A DNA stretch of 64,000 nucleotides from Saprospiraceae bacterium (GTDB lineage: Bacteria > Bacteroidota > Bacteroidia > Chitinophagales > Saprospiraceae): positions 5,403 to 69,402 of the forward strand of contig JAYTUY010000012.1 of the NCBI GenBank assembly GCA_043744275.1, written 5' to 3'. A program made the translations under genes and the position numbers. Positions 9,604-18,314 of the stretch are shown here, piece by piece (the stretch's first letter is position 1; the number at the start of each line of letters is the position of its first letter). Below the pieces are notes generated by a model, which saw nothing but the letters and a program-made list of their open reading frames with translations, searched no databases and was not told the DNA's origin.

Positions 9604-10224
9604 CTAATTTCGATTCACATTTTCTTGTATTCGTGTAAAATGTATAGAAATTTTTACTAAGAAGAGATAGAATCCATAATTACTTAACATAAATATTTTT
9701 CTTTGAGATATATTATCTCTTGAAATAGAGTTATTATCACAGTGGTTTAATCTGTCAAGAAATACAATGCAATCTTCGGGTAGTTTATATCCTTTTGGTA
9801 AATATAGAATTTGCGTGATTTTTTGTTTTTTTATATCTTCTATATGGTTGTTTATAGATTGTTCATTTTTAATTTTTTCTTCAAGTAACTCTTGTTTATA
9901 GCTTTCTAAGCTAAATAATGGAGCATAACATATGTTTGAACTAAACAATCTTTTATTTGAATTATCAATATCGCAAGTATTTGAAAAAACAATTATAGGA
10001 GCCTTAAAAAATACTTCATTCGGCAGATTAACTACTATGAAATCTGTTAATCCATCTCCTTGAAATATGATATCCTCATTCTCTAAGAAACTACTGTAAA
10101 ACCTTTTATCTAAATTTGTAGGGAAATTTTGAAGTTCGCTCAATAGACGCTTTGTATCATCTTCAGAAAGATACTTCGGTAAATACATTTTTATATCGTC
10201 AAATATATTTTCCAGTTTACTCAT
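9604..10224 (-). CDS. hypothetical protein, third gene of the AT-rich cassette
   Basis: 206-aa ORF. Its ATG overlaps the upstream stop (ATGA). It is very AT-rich and I recognised no family. Confidence 0.55.
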   Translation of the reverse strand: MSKLENIFDDIKMYLPKYLSEDDTKRLLSELQNFPTNLDKRFYSSFLENEDIIFQGDGLTDFIVVNLPNEVFFKAPIIVFSNTCDIDNSNKRLFSSNICYAPLFSLESYKQELLEEKIKNEQSINNHIEDIKKQKITQILYLPKGYKLPEDCIVFLDRLNHCDNNSISRDNISQRKIFMLSNYGFYLFLVKISIHFTRIQENVNRN

Positions 10225-10541
10225 ATTTTCAAAAGCAGTTTTTCAAATTTTCTATTCACCATATCAACAATTTCACCATCTAAATCTTTACTTTCTGTTG
10301 AAATTTTAGAAATAAATTCTATTAGGATATCTTTTTCAGATGTTTCTAATTCAATGTTACAGTTTGGCAACGATTGAAACACATTATATCCATTTGAGTC
10401 TGATGCATAGTTAATATTAATTGGTATGGTTACACTGCTTCTATTAATTTCAAATTTGTCTGATAAATTAGGACTTCCCAAAAATAAAAATGGTAGCGAA
10501 GATATTTGTAATAGAGCACTATTATAATTTACATCTTTCAT
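10221..10541 (-). CDS. hypothetical small protein, second gene of the AT-rich cassette
   Basis: 106-aa ORF with ATGA overlaps at both ends, which implies translational coupling. Confidence 0.5.
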   Translation of the reverse strand: MKDVNYNSALLQISSLPFLFLGSPNLSDKFEINRSSVTIPININYASDSNGYNVFQSLPNCNIELETSEKDILIEFISKISTESKDLDGEIVDMVNRKFEKLLLKI

Positions 10542-11260
10542 TTGTTAAATTCAGGTTTGAGAGTATTTAGAAAATCAGTTTTCAGCAATCCAAAAAATAA
10601 TTCTTTTTCAAGTTTGTGAGCATTATTGATTATTGTCGAAATATTTAAAAACATATTGTCTGGATTATTAACTACACAAGCAATATCAAGTAACGACCCT
10701 TTTCTTTGCTCCATAGCATTTGAAACTGTTACATTGTTTGCTATTTGAAGAACTTTAATGAAACCGTCTTGCATAGCTTCTGTCCTAACCACTAAATTAT
10801 TACTTTGATAAGGTTCATTGAGCATTTGAACTTGAAAATTAATATTTTGAAATATATCGAGTTCAAAAAAATTCAAATATCTCAATGTTAAACTTATAGG
10901 TTGTTCAACAATGTCTGCTTTATTAATTCTTTCAAAGAATGAAATTATATTAGTTGAAAAATCCTGCCACCCAACGTAATTGTTAGGAGAATGAATTGAA
11001 ACAACATCCATTCCCACTTGTGCTGTAAATCTACCATCGGATAGCTTATACAATGCTTTATATTTTAAATCGGGGTCATTTTCAATAATTTCATTCGGAA
11101 GAGTTGCTGCGGGCAACTTTTCTACTTTATCGAACTTATCTTTGAGGGCATTATAAATAATTCCAAAAATTGCCCCTTTGGGTATAATAGAATTGAATTT
11201 TAATTCTACAGTTGCCTCCACAATTGGACAAGGTGTTATTTTTAAAGGTAATTTTAACAT
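10538..11260 (-). CDS. uncharacterised protein resembling the TIGR04255 family, first gene of the AT-rich cassette
   Basis: The N-terminal PCPIVEATVELKF and the roughly 240-aa length resemble my recollection of TIGR04255 proteins. This needs an HMM check. Confidence 0.5.
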   Translation of the reverse strand: MLKLPLKITPCPIVEATVELKFNSIIPKGAIFGIIYNALKDKFDKVEKLPAATLPNEIIENDPDLKYKALYKLSDGRFTAQVGMDVVSIHSPNNYVGWQDFSTNIISFFERINKADIVEQPISLTLRYLNFFELDIFQNINFQVQMLNEPYQSNNLVVRTEAMQDGFIKVLQIANNVTVSNAMEQRKGSLLDIACVVNNPDNMFLNISTIINNAHKLEKELFFGLLKTDFLNTLKPEFNK

Positions 11261-11276
11261 AAATCCTACTTTTACA

Positions 11277-11284
11277 CAAAGTTA
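11277..11284 (-). promoter_or_regulatory. -7 box TAACTTTG (minus strand) upstream of the cassette
   Basis: The reverse complement of CAAAGTTA matches TAnnTTTG, 17 nt before ATG 11260. Confidence 0.4.
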
Positions 11285-11402
11285 TATTATTTCAAACGAT
11301 TTTGCTATACGATTTACAGTTGTTTAATATTTAATTGGTCTATTATTCAATACTCGCAGTTCTTTTGAAAGTTCTAAACTACAAAATATTAAATTTAAAA
11401 GT

Positions 11403-11861
11403 TTACTGCACAAACACTTCCCTCCTAAATTTAGAAATCATTTTTTTCATGCCTTTCTCAATTTCTTCATAAGACAATTCTTCTTTGGCGACATACATCA
11501 CCATAAACGCAAATTGCTTACCCCTCAGTATCGAGGCATCTGGATGGTCATTTAAAAAATTATACAGCGAAATTTTGTTCAAACGATAGGCTTCGCGTAG
11601 GCGGCGGCGCAATATATTGCGGTCAACAGCGCGTTTAAAATTCTTTTTTGGAACGGTCAGAGAGAATTGAATGGGAAATGGCGGTGGCACAATCGGCAAA
11701 ATAATTCCCTGCTCCGTATCTTCGGAGGGGGCAACTGGGGCGTCATTGGCTACTTCAAGAAAAACTAAACGAAGTGGATAACAACTAAAAGAACGACCCT
11801 CTTTGAAAAGGCGAGAGATGATTTTTGTACTTTTAAGGCGTTCTTCTTTGTAGAATTTCAT
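11403..11861 (-). CDS. rnpA: ribonuclease P protein component
   Basis: It lies immediately downstream of rpmH. It has the KEERLKS...IISRLFKEG start and a basic RNR-like stretch ILRRRLREAYR. At 152 aa it is long and has an internal Pro-rich insert. Confidence 0.85.
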   Translation of the reverse strand: MKFYKEERLKSTKIISRLFKEGRSFSCYPLRLVFLEVANDAPVAPSEDTEQGIILPIVPPPFPIQFSLTVPKKNFKRAVDRNILRRRLREAYRLNKISLYNFLNDHPDASILRGKQFAFMVMYVAKEELSYEEIEKGMKKMISKFRREVFVQ

Positions 11862-11933
11862 TTTGAGTTATGAGTTATGAACTATGAGTTATGAGTTTGT
11901 CATAACTCACAACTCATAACTCATAACTCAAAA
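11861..11933 (-). repeat. hairpin built from tandem GAGTTAT heptamers (arms about 33 nt with 3 mismatches)
   Basis: Read directly. It fills the whole rpmH-rnpA spacer. Confidence 0.7.
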
Positions 11934-12089
11934 TTATTTAAGGCGTTTTTCGTCAGAAACTGTTAATTTCCAGCGACCATTCGCGCGACGGCGAGCCAAT
12001 ACTTTACGACCGTTTTTGGTCTCCATCCGCGTGCGGAAGCCGTGCTTGTTAGCGCGTTTTCTTCTTGATGGTTGAAATGTTCTTTTCAT
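11934..12089 (-). CDS. rpmH: 50S ribosomal protein L34
   Basis: My manual translation is [51 protein letters not shown]. It is below the ORF-track size cut-off. Confidence 0.95.
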   Translation of the reverse strand: MKRTFQPSRRKRANKHGFRTRMETKNGRKVLARRRANGRWKLTVSDEKRLK

Positions 12090-12164
12090 CGTATTCCGAT
12101 TTTATTTTTGATATTCTTTAATGATTCTTCTTAACTTTCGGACTGTATTTTGTCAAAAGCGGTG

Positions 12165-12172
12165 CAAAGGTA
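12165..12172 (-). promoter_or_regulatory. -7 box TACCTTTG (minus strand) upstream of rpmH
   Basis: Matches TAnnTTTG, about 75 nt before the rpmH ATG. Confidence 0.4.
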
Positions 12173-12182
12173 GAATTATTTT

Positions 12183-13271
12183 ATGAATCAGACAATGTTT
12201 TTCAAAAAAAAAGTCATCATTCTGCTCTGTATTTTAGCAGCCGTGTTTTTCTTCGGTTGTCGAAAGCAATCACGTTCAGTTAGTACGTCTTTTTATCATT
12301 GGAAAACAGATTTTCATTTGACGGATTTTGAAAAAAATTATTGTAATCAATTGAAAATCAATAAGTTATATGTTCGATTATTTGATGTAGATTGGGATGA
12401 AGCCAGTCATTTTCCTATGCCGATAGCCATAGTTGATACTTTAGAGAAAACAGATTGGGAAATTATACCCACCATTTTTATAACAAATAAAACTTTTACA
12501 CAACTCGCTGATAATCAAATAGATACGTTAGTAAAATTAATTTTTGATAAAATTTTATTGAAAACTAAATCAGTTGTCACTGCGAGCAGAGCGTGGCAGG
12601 AGGGGGGTAAATTCAACGAAATTCAAATAGATTGCGATTGGACAGCCACCACGAGCGACCGTTTTTTTTCTTTTTTAAAAAAATTTAAAACTGTTTCTAA
12701 TAAAAAAATATCAGCGACCATACGCTTACATCAAGTGAAATTCAAGGAGAAAACGGGTGTGCCGCCTGTAGATGCAGGTGTTTTGATGGCTTACAATATG
12801 GGCAATTTGGATGATGTGAAAACGCAAAATTCTATTTTAGATATTGAAATTTTGAAATCTTATGTTTCAAAATTGAAAGATTATCCTTTAAAATTAGATG
12901 TTGCATTGCCGATTTTTAGTTGGGGAGTAGTGCTGCGAGATGGTGAAGTAGTGAAATTGATTAATAATTTAACTAAAAATGAATTACAACAGACCCCTCA
13001 GTATTTTGAGTATTTTAAAGAGAAAAAAGACAATCATTTTGAAGTTTTAAAAAATACTTACCTAAAAGGCTTTTATTTATACAAAGATGATGAAATTCGC
13101 ATTGAAAATACAGATTCAAAACAGGTCGATATTTTAGAAAAAGCAGCGGATATAATTTCGCAAAACATTAATAATCAACAACTTACAATCATTTTTTACC
13201 ATTTAGATTCTGTTACGCTCCAACGCATACGCTATGAAGAACTGGAAAATATTACCCACCGTTTTCAATAA
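12183..13271 (+). CDS. hypothetical lipoprotein
   Basis: Signal peptide plus Cys (FFFGCRK). I recognised no family. It contains the 33-bp GC-rich element. Confidence 0.5.
   Translation: MNQTMFFKKKVIILLCILAAVFFFGCRKQSRSVSTSFYHWKTDFHLTDFEKNYCNQLKINKLYVRLFDVDWDEASHFPMPIAIVDTLEKTDWEIIPTIFITNKTFTQLADNQIDTLVKLIFDKILLKTKSVVTASRAWQEGGKFNEIQIDCDWTATTSDRFFSFLKKFKTVSNKKISATIRLHQVKFKEKTGVPPVDAGVLMAYNMGNLDDVKTQNSILDIEILKSYVSKLKDYPLKLDVALPIFSWGVVLRDGEVVKLINNLTKNELQQTPQYFEYFKEKKDNHFEVLKNTYLKGFYLYKDDEIRIENTDSKQVDILEKAADIISQNINNQQLTIIFYHLDSVTLQRIRYEELENITHRFQ
12574..12607 (+). repeat. 33-bp GC-rich dispersed element, copy 1 (TTGTCACTGCGAGCAGAGCGTGGCAGGAGGGGG)
   Basis: It is near-identical (1 substitution) to 45422-45454 and is translated as VTASRAWQEG. 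Confidence 0.8.
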
Positions 13272-15537
13272 AAAACTTTTTGTTGCAGCCTTATTAGCAA
13301 CACTTTTTTTCACCATTTTACCCATCAGAACGGTGATGAGTGACTGTGGTATTTCGCTCAGAAATTACTCATTTGTGCACACTGATATTATGGAATCGCA
13401 ATCGGATTATGCACCCTATTTGATGGGCTATGGCATATTGAGTAATTACTATATGATGGAAAAACGCGAGCCTCAAATTGAAGACAATATCGGCGAGTGG
13501 CGTGGGCGATTCTGCAATATTCCCGATTCAGCAGATATTGATAAAATATTATATGATACAGATATTGATGAGTTGGCAGATTTGAGAGAAACCACTAATC
13601 GGTACAGCAAAAAAGATGTTTTTTATCAACTTCAAGACAATACTTTTGCTCAAGTGATTAAAGAAAATGGCTGTACAGACGTGGTGGATTATTTGATTTT
13701 TGCTAAAAATTGTGAGAAATATTGCGTCAAAGGAGAGGAATGGAGCGAGAAACCAAAGGACGTGGCGCAGATGTTTTTCTGGATCAACACAGGTCGCCAG
13801 CAGTTTAAAAACACCAAATCTTATTTTTTAAAATTGCGATATGCTTACCAAATAATTCGTTTGGCGCATTATGCCAAGGATTACAAAGCCGTTATAGACA
13901 TTTATAATGATGTAATGCCTAAAACGGATAAGATAAACAGTATCATCAATTATTGGATTTTAGGGCATAAAGCGGGGGCACTCAAGGCATTGGGCAAGCG
14001 GGCGGAAGCAGCGTATTTGTTCGCAGTGGTTTTTAGATATTGCCCCAGTAAAAGGCGTCAAGCGTTTGAAAGTTTTGACATTAAAACCGACCTCGAATGG
14101 CGACAATGCCTCAATCTTTGTCGCGACGATAGAGAGCGAGGCGCGTTATATGCTATCCGTGCGAGCTACGATAAAGCGAAGGCTTTTGAAGATATGAAAG
14201 AACTTTATCGGCTCGATCCTCAGAATGAACATCTGGAAATGTTGCTCATTCGAGAGACCTTGCGTTTGGAAAAAGTGCTTTTAGGTTCTTCGTTTAGGAA
14301 GCAAAATTATTCTACTGATATAATTAAAAAAAATACAGCATATTGTGTTGATTTTCAAAATTTTGTAAGAAAAGTGGCGAATGAAAACGCCGTTAAAAAT
14401 GCTGCTTTATGGCGCACTACTGAGGGGTATCTCAGCTTTCTTTTGGGCGATTGGTTTGAAGCTAAAAATACTTTTGCGCAAGCTCGAAAGATTGCCAAAA
14501 ATAATGTGCTGATAGAGCAAATTGATGCCTTCGATTTGGCTACCCGTATCGTTGGTTTGCAAGTCGGTGATGTGGCAAATGATTCGATTATGAACCTCAT
14601 TCGCAACCACAATGCTTACTTGAGCGATACCGATTTTGAAGACCTTTTTCATGATAAAGTAGCGTCTATTTATAGAAAAACAGGGCATCCTGGTATTGCA
14701 TATTTGACGGATTATTCGATTAGAGATTTAGAAAAAAATCCGCATTTGCCTGAAATTGATGACCTCATTGCCCTCTGTCGGAAGCCTCTAAAAACGCAAT
14801 ATGAGTTAGAATTAGTCACTTTGAGCGGTAAAAAGACCATCGAAACCATGCTTTGGAATGTGAAAGCAAGGTATCATCTTTCGAGGTTTGAAATGGAAGC
14901 AGCGAATGAATGTTTCAAACGCATTCCTGACAATGAACGTGGTAAAAAATATACGCCATTTTTGGATAAAATAAATGATTGTGTGGGGTGCAATAGTACG
15001 GACTCAGTGCTTTACAATCGGGCTGAATTTACTCAGCAAATGCTTTATTTGGAGTATCAAATTCGCATATCTTCACCTGGTATGGCAGTGGATACCAATT
15101 ATTATAAACTCGGTTTGGGCTATTTCAACATGACTTATTTTGGCAATAGCAGCGGCATTGCGGATTATTATCGCAGCGGGAAATCGTGGGAAAATATCAA
15201 TAGCGGTAAAAATGTGTTCTCTTTAAAGGGCTTTCCGCAGGGCAATTATGAGGTCACGGACGTATCACTTGCTTTAGAACATTTTGAAAAAGCCCGACAA
15301 ATGACTCAAAATCGGGAGCTTCAAGCCCGTTGCGCTTTTTGGAGTGCGAAATGCGAGCAGATATTGTTTTTCCTAAGCAAAGACAATCACTACACATTTA
15401 ATAATAAAACTGCGCCCACTGTACCCCCTCAGTATCGCCGCTATTTCAAGCTTCTGAAAGAGTATTATTCTGATACTCAATTCTATAAACAGGCAGCTAC
15501 TGAATGCAAATATTTTCAATTTTATACAACAAAATGA
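13234..15537 (+). CDS. hypothetical large protein (helical-repeat-like)
   Basis: Uninterrupted 767-aa ORF with an N-terminal hydrophobic segment. It overlaps the upstream gene by 38 nt, so the true start may be later. Confidence 0.5.
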   Translation: MKNWKILPTVFNKKLFVAALLATLFFTILPIRTVMSDCGISLRNYSFVHTDIMESQSDYAPYLMGYGILSNYYMMEKREPQIEDNIGEWRGRFCNIPDSADIDKILYDTDIDELADLRETTNRYSKKDVFYQLQDNTFAQVIKENGCTDVVDYLIFAKNCEKYCVKGEEWSEKPKDVAQMFFWINTGRQQFKNTKSYFLKLRYAYQIIRLAHYAKDYKAVIDIYNDVMPKTDKINSIINYWILGHKAGALKALGKRAEAAYLFAVVFRYCPSKRRQAFESFDIKTDLEWRQCLNLCRDDRERGALYAIRASYDKAKAFEDMKELYRLDPQNEHLEMLLIRETLRLEKVLLGSSFRKQNYSTDIIKKNTAYCVDFQNFVRKVANENAVKNAALWRTTEGYLSFLLGDWFEAKNTFAQARKIAKNNVLIEQIDAFDLATRIVGLQVGDVANDSIMNLIRNHNAYLSDTDFEDLFHDKVASIYRKTGHPGIAYLTDYSIRDLEKNPHLPEIDDLIALCRKPLKTQYELELVTLSGKKTIETMLWNVKARYHLSRFEMEAANECFKRIPDNERGKKYTPFLDKINDCVGCNSTDSVLYNRAEFTQQMLYLEYQIRISSPGMAVDTNYYKLGLGYFNMTYFGNSSGIADYYRSGKSWENINSGKNVFSLKGFPQGNYEVTDVSLALEHFEKARQMTQNRELQARCAFWSAKCEQILFFLSKDNHYTFNNKTAPTVPPQYRRYFKLLKEYYSDTQFYKQAATECKYFQFYTTK

Positions 15538-15539
15538 AG

Positions 15540-15610
15540 AGTGAAAAGCGGAAAGTGAAAAATGAACAAATTCACTCCATTTGTTCACTTTTCACTTTTC
15601 ACTTTTCACT
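15540..15610 (+). terminator. hairpin built from tandem GTGAAAA heptamers (about 30-nt arms)
   Basis: It starts 3 nt after the stop at 15537. Arms AGTGAAAAGCGGAAAGTGAAAAATGAACAAA and ATTTGTTCACTTTTCACTTTTCACTTTTCACT. Confidence 0.6.
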
Positions 15611-15712
15611 ATTTTAACTTATAGATAACTCATTGATAATAACACCTTAACTGAGGGGGTCATAGTTTTGCATCATGAAATTTGATTCAATAACTTTTAA
15701 ATTCATCTCCTT

Positions 15713-16273
15713 ATGAAACAATCGAAAATTCATCTTACCCTTATTCTTTTCAGTTTTTTAGCTTTAACAAAAACGACTGCTCAAGTAGATGTCAAATTAA
15801 GCCCATTGAACCTTTTATTGGGCAATATCGCTGGTGCTGTAGAAGTCGGCGTGACGCCTAACGTAGGGGTTGAAGCCACACTTGGTCATAGCTGGACAAA
15901 AATAACAATAGAGGGCAATGAGTATAAATCGGCTAAACCACGTTATGGTATTAATGTTCGATATTATGTGAATCCCAATGAAAAAGGTTTGAATAATTTT
16001 TATGGTGCGCTTTATACTCGCGGATCAAACGCCCATTTGACTAGAACATCTGACAACGTAACGGGTAACTACAAACGCGTAGGTTTAGGCTTTATGGTCG
16101 GTTATAAATTGGTGGCTCGAAATGAAAAACTGGTTTTTGATTTCAACTTAGGTTTTGGGCGCACATTGAAAAATAATATTAGCTTGAGCGATTCCGAGCC
16201 TGTTAACTTAAATAATATTCCATTCGTCAATTGGGACATACCCGCTACATTATCAATTGGTTATAGATTTTAA
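15713..16273 (+). CDS. small outer-membrane beta-barrel protein (DUF3575-like)
   Basis: Signal peptide, alternating beta-strand pattern and the C-terminal LSIGYRF. Confidence 0.55.
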   Translation: MKQSKIHLTLILFSFLALTKTTAQVDVKLSPLNLLLGNIAGAVEVGVTPNVGVEATLGHSWTKITIEGNEYKSAKPRYGINVRYYVNPNEKGLNNFYGALYTRGSNAHLTRTSDNVTGNYKRVGLGFMVGYKLVARNEKLVFDFNLGFGRTLKNNISLSDSEPVNLNNIPFVNWDIPATLSIGYRF

Positions 16274-16295
16274 ATTGTTTAACATATTTTTTTGC

Positions 16296-16332
16296 AAGCT
16301 ATTCGGGTATCGTCTCGAATAGCTTTTTTTTT
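16296..16332 (+). terminator. intrinsic terminator
   Basis: Stem AAGCTATTCG/CGAATAGCTT followed by a T run. Confidence 0.75.
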
Positions 16333-16476
16333 GTTTTTATTTATTTAAAAATAAAATAATATTGGGAAATCAGAGACTTAATTTTAATTTAGATGCTCAA
16401 TTATTTAAATGTCTAATTTTGAGTAATTTTAGATTTAAGGACACCTTTTTTTTAACGAAAAACCACCTCATTCATC

Positions 16477-18150
16477 ATGAGAAAATTAACAATCCTCGCC
16501 TTTTTATTGCCCTTTTTTATGTCTTGCAAAGAAGATAAACCTCAAGGCAATAGAGTCCTCATCAAAAACGGAATGATTTACGATGGCTATGGTTCCCAAC
16601 CTTATATAGCCGATATATTAATTCAAGGCGATACCATCGCCACCATCACGAAGCCTGGAATACTGAGGGGGGGCGTGGAAATTGATGCTAAGGGAATGGC
16701 TGTTGCGCCAGGTTTCATCAATATGCTGTCGTGGTCAACAGAAACTTTGATTGCTGATGGGCGGTCGCTGGGCGAAATCAAGGAAGGCGTCACGCTTGAA
16801 GTGATGGGCGAGGGCAATTCAATGGGTCCCCTCAATGATTCGATTCGCCGTGAAGCAGAAGCCAGTATGGGCGATTTGAAATACAAAATTGAGTGGACAA
16901 CGCTGGCAGGTTATTTAGATTGGCTGACTAAGCGTGGCGTGTCGTGCAATGTGGCGTCGTTTATAGGTGCGAGTACAGTGAGGGAAAATGTTTTAGGGAG
17001 TAAAAACGTAGCACCCAACGCTGAAGAGCTTAATAAAATGAAAGATTTGGTGCGCCAAGCCATGCAAGAAGGGGCGATGGGCGTTGGTTCAGCACTCATT
17101 TATGCGCCAGGTTTTTATGCTAAAACCGACGAACTCACGGAGCTTTGCAAGGTAGCTTCGGAATATGATGGCATGTACATTAGCCATATGCGTAGCGAAG
17201 GCAACCGCCTTTTGGAAGCAGTGGATGAATTGATAACCATAGCCGATGAGGCTAAAATTAGAGCAGAAATATACCATTTGAAAGCAGCAGGCAAGCAAAA
17301 TTGGGATAAATTGGATGCCGTAGTAGCTAAAATTGATGCAGCCCGAGCCAAAGGCTTGCAAATTTCTACGAATATGTACACCTACATTGCAGGTGCAACG
17401 GGCTTGGACGCTACCATGCCCCCCTCAGTACAAGAGGGCGGTTATAAGGAATGGGTGAAGCGATTGAAAGACCCAGCCATTAGAAAAAAAGTGTTACAAG
17501 AAATGGTCACGCCCACCGATAAATGGGAGAACCTTTTGCTCGGTGCTACACCGAAAGGTGCCATTTTAGCTGGATTTAAGTCAGATAGTTTGCGATATTT
17601 GACGGGTAAAACGCTTGAAGAAGCGGCTAAAATATATGGTAAAACGGCTCAGGAAACGGCGATTGACCTTGTTATTAAAGATGGCAGCCGTGTAGAGGTG
17701 GTATATTTTCTGATGTCGGAGGAAAATGTCAAAGCGCAAATCAAACTGCCGTATATGGCTTTCGGTTCGGATGCGGGTTCGATGGCACCTGAAGGAGATT
17801 TTCTCAAATCTTCTACTCACCCAAGAGCATACGGCAATTTTTCAAGGCTTTTGGGTAAATATGTCCGTGATGAAAAGGTGATTTCACTTCAAGAAGCTAT
17901 TTATAAACTATCGTCACTGCCTGCATCTCGCTTGAAAATCAAAAAAAGAGGTGCGCTCAAAGTGGGCAATTATGCCGACATCGTTGTCTTCGACCCCCTC
18001 AGTATTCGAGACAATGCGACCTTTGAAAAGCCTCATCAACTCTCTACGGGCGTGAAGCATGTCCTCGTGAATGGCATTCCTGTTTTGAAAGATGGAGAGC
18101 ATACGGGAGCGAAGCCGGGGCGAGTGGTTTATGGACCTGGGAAGAAGTAA
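16477..18150 (+). CDS. N-acyl-D-amino-acid deacylase (D-aminoacylase) family amidohydrolase
   Basis: The PGFINMLSW, ISHMRSEG, YHLKAAG and HPRAYGNFSRLLGKYVR blocks are typical of D-aminoacylases. The N-terminus is lipoprotein-like. Confidence 0.8.
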   Translation: MRKLTILAFLLPFFMSCKEDKPQGNRVLIKNGMIYDGYGSQPYIADILIQGDTIATITKPGILRGGVEIDAKGMAVAPGFINMLSWSTETLIADGRSLGEIKEGVTLEVMGEGNSMGPLNDSIRREAEASMGDLKYKIEWTTLAGYLDWLTKRGVSCNVASFIGASTVRENVLGSKNVAPNAEELNKMKDLVRQAMQEGAMGVGSALIYAPGFYAKTDELTELCKVASEYDGMYISHMRSEGNRLLEAVDELITIADEAKIRAEIYHLKAAGKQNWDKLDAVVAKIDAARAKGLQISTNMYTYIAGATGLDATMPPSVQEGGYKEWVKRLKDPAIRKKVLQEMVTPTDKWENLLLGATPKGAILAGFKSDSLRYLTGKTLEEAAKIYGKTAQETAIDLVIKDGSRVEVVYFLMSEENVKAQIKLPYMAFGSDAGSMAPEGDFLKSSTHPRAYGNFSRLLGKYVRDEKVISLQEAIYKLSSLPASRLKIKKRGALKVGNYADIVVFDPLSIRDNATFEKPHQLSTGVKHVLVNGIPVLKDGEHTGAKPGRVVYGPGKK

Positions 18151-18314
18151 AAGGATTAATATTTAAATAAACCGTAAAATTTAAAATGATAAATTTAAAA
18201 TGTAAAAGTGCTGGTTATTAATACATAGGGTATTTTAATTAATTTATACTAAATACATAAAATATTGAAAATCAATTAGTTATAAAAGTTATTGCCAATT
18301 TAAAAACAATTTGT

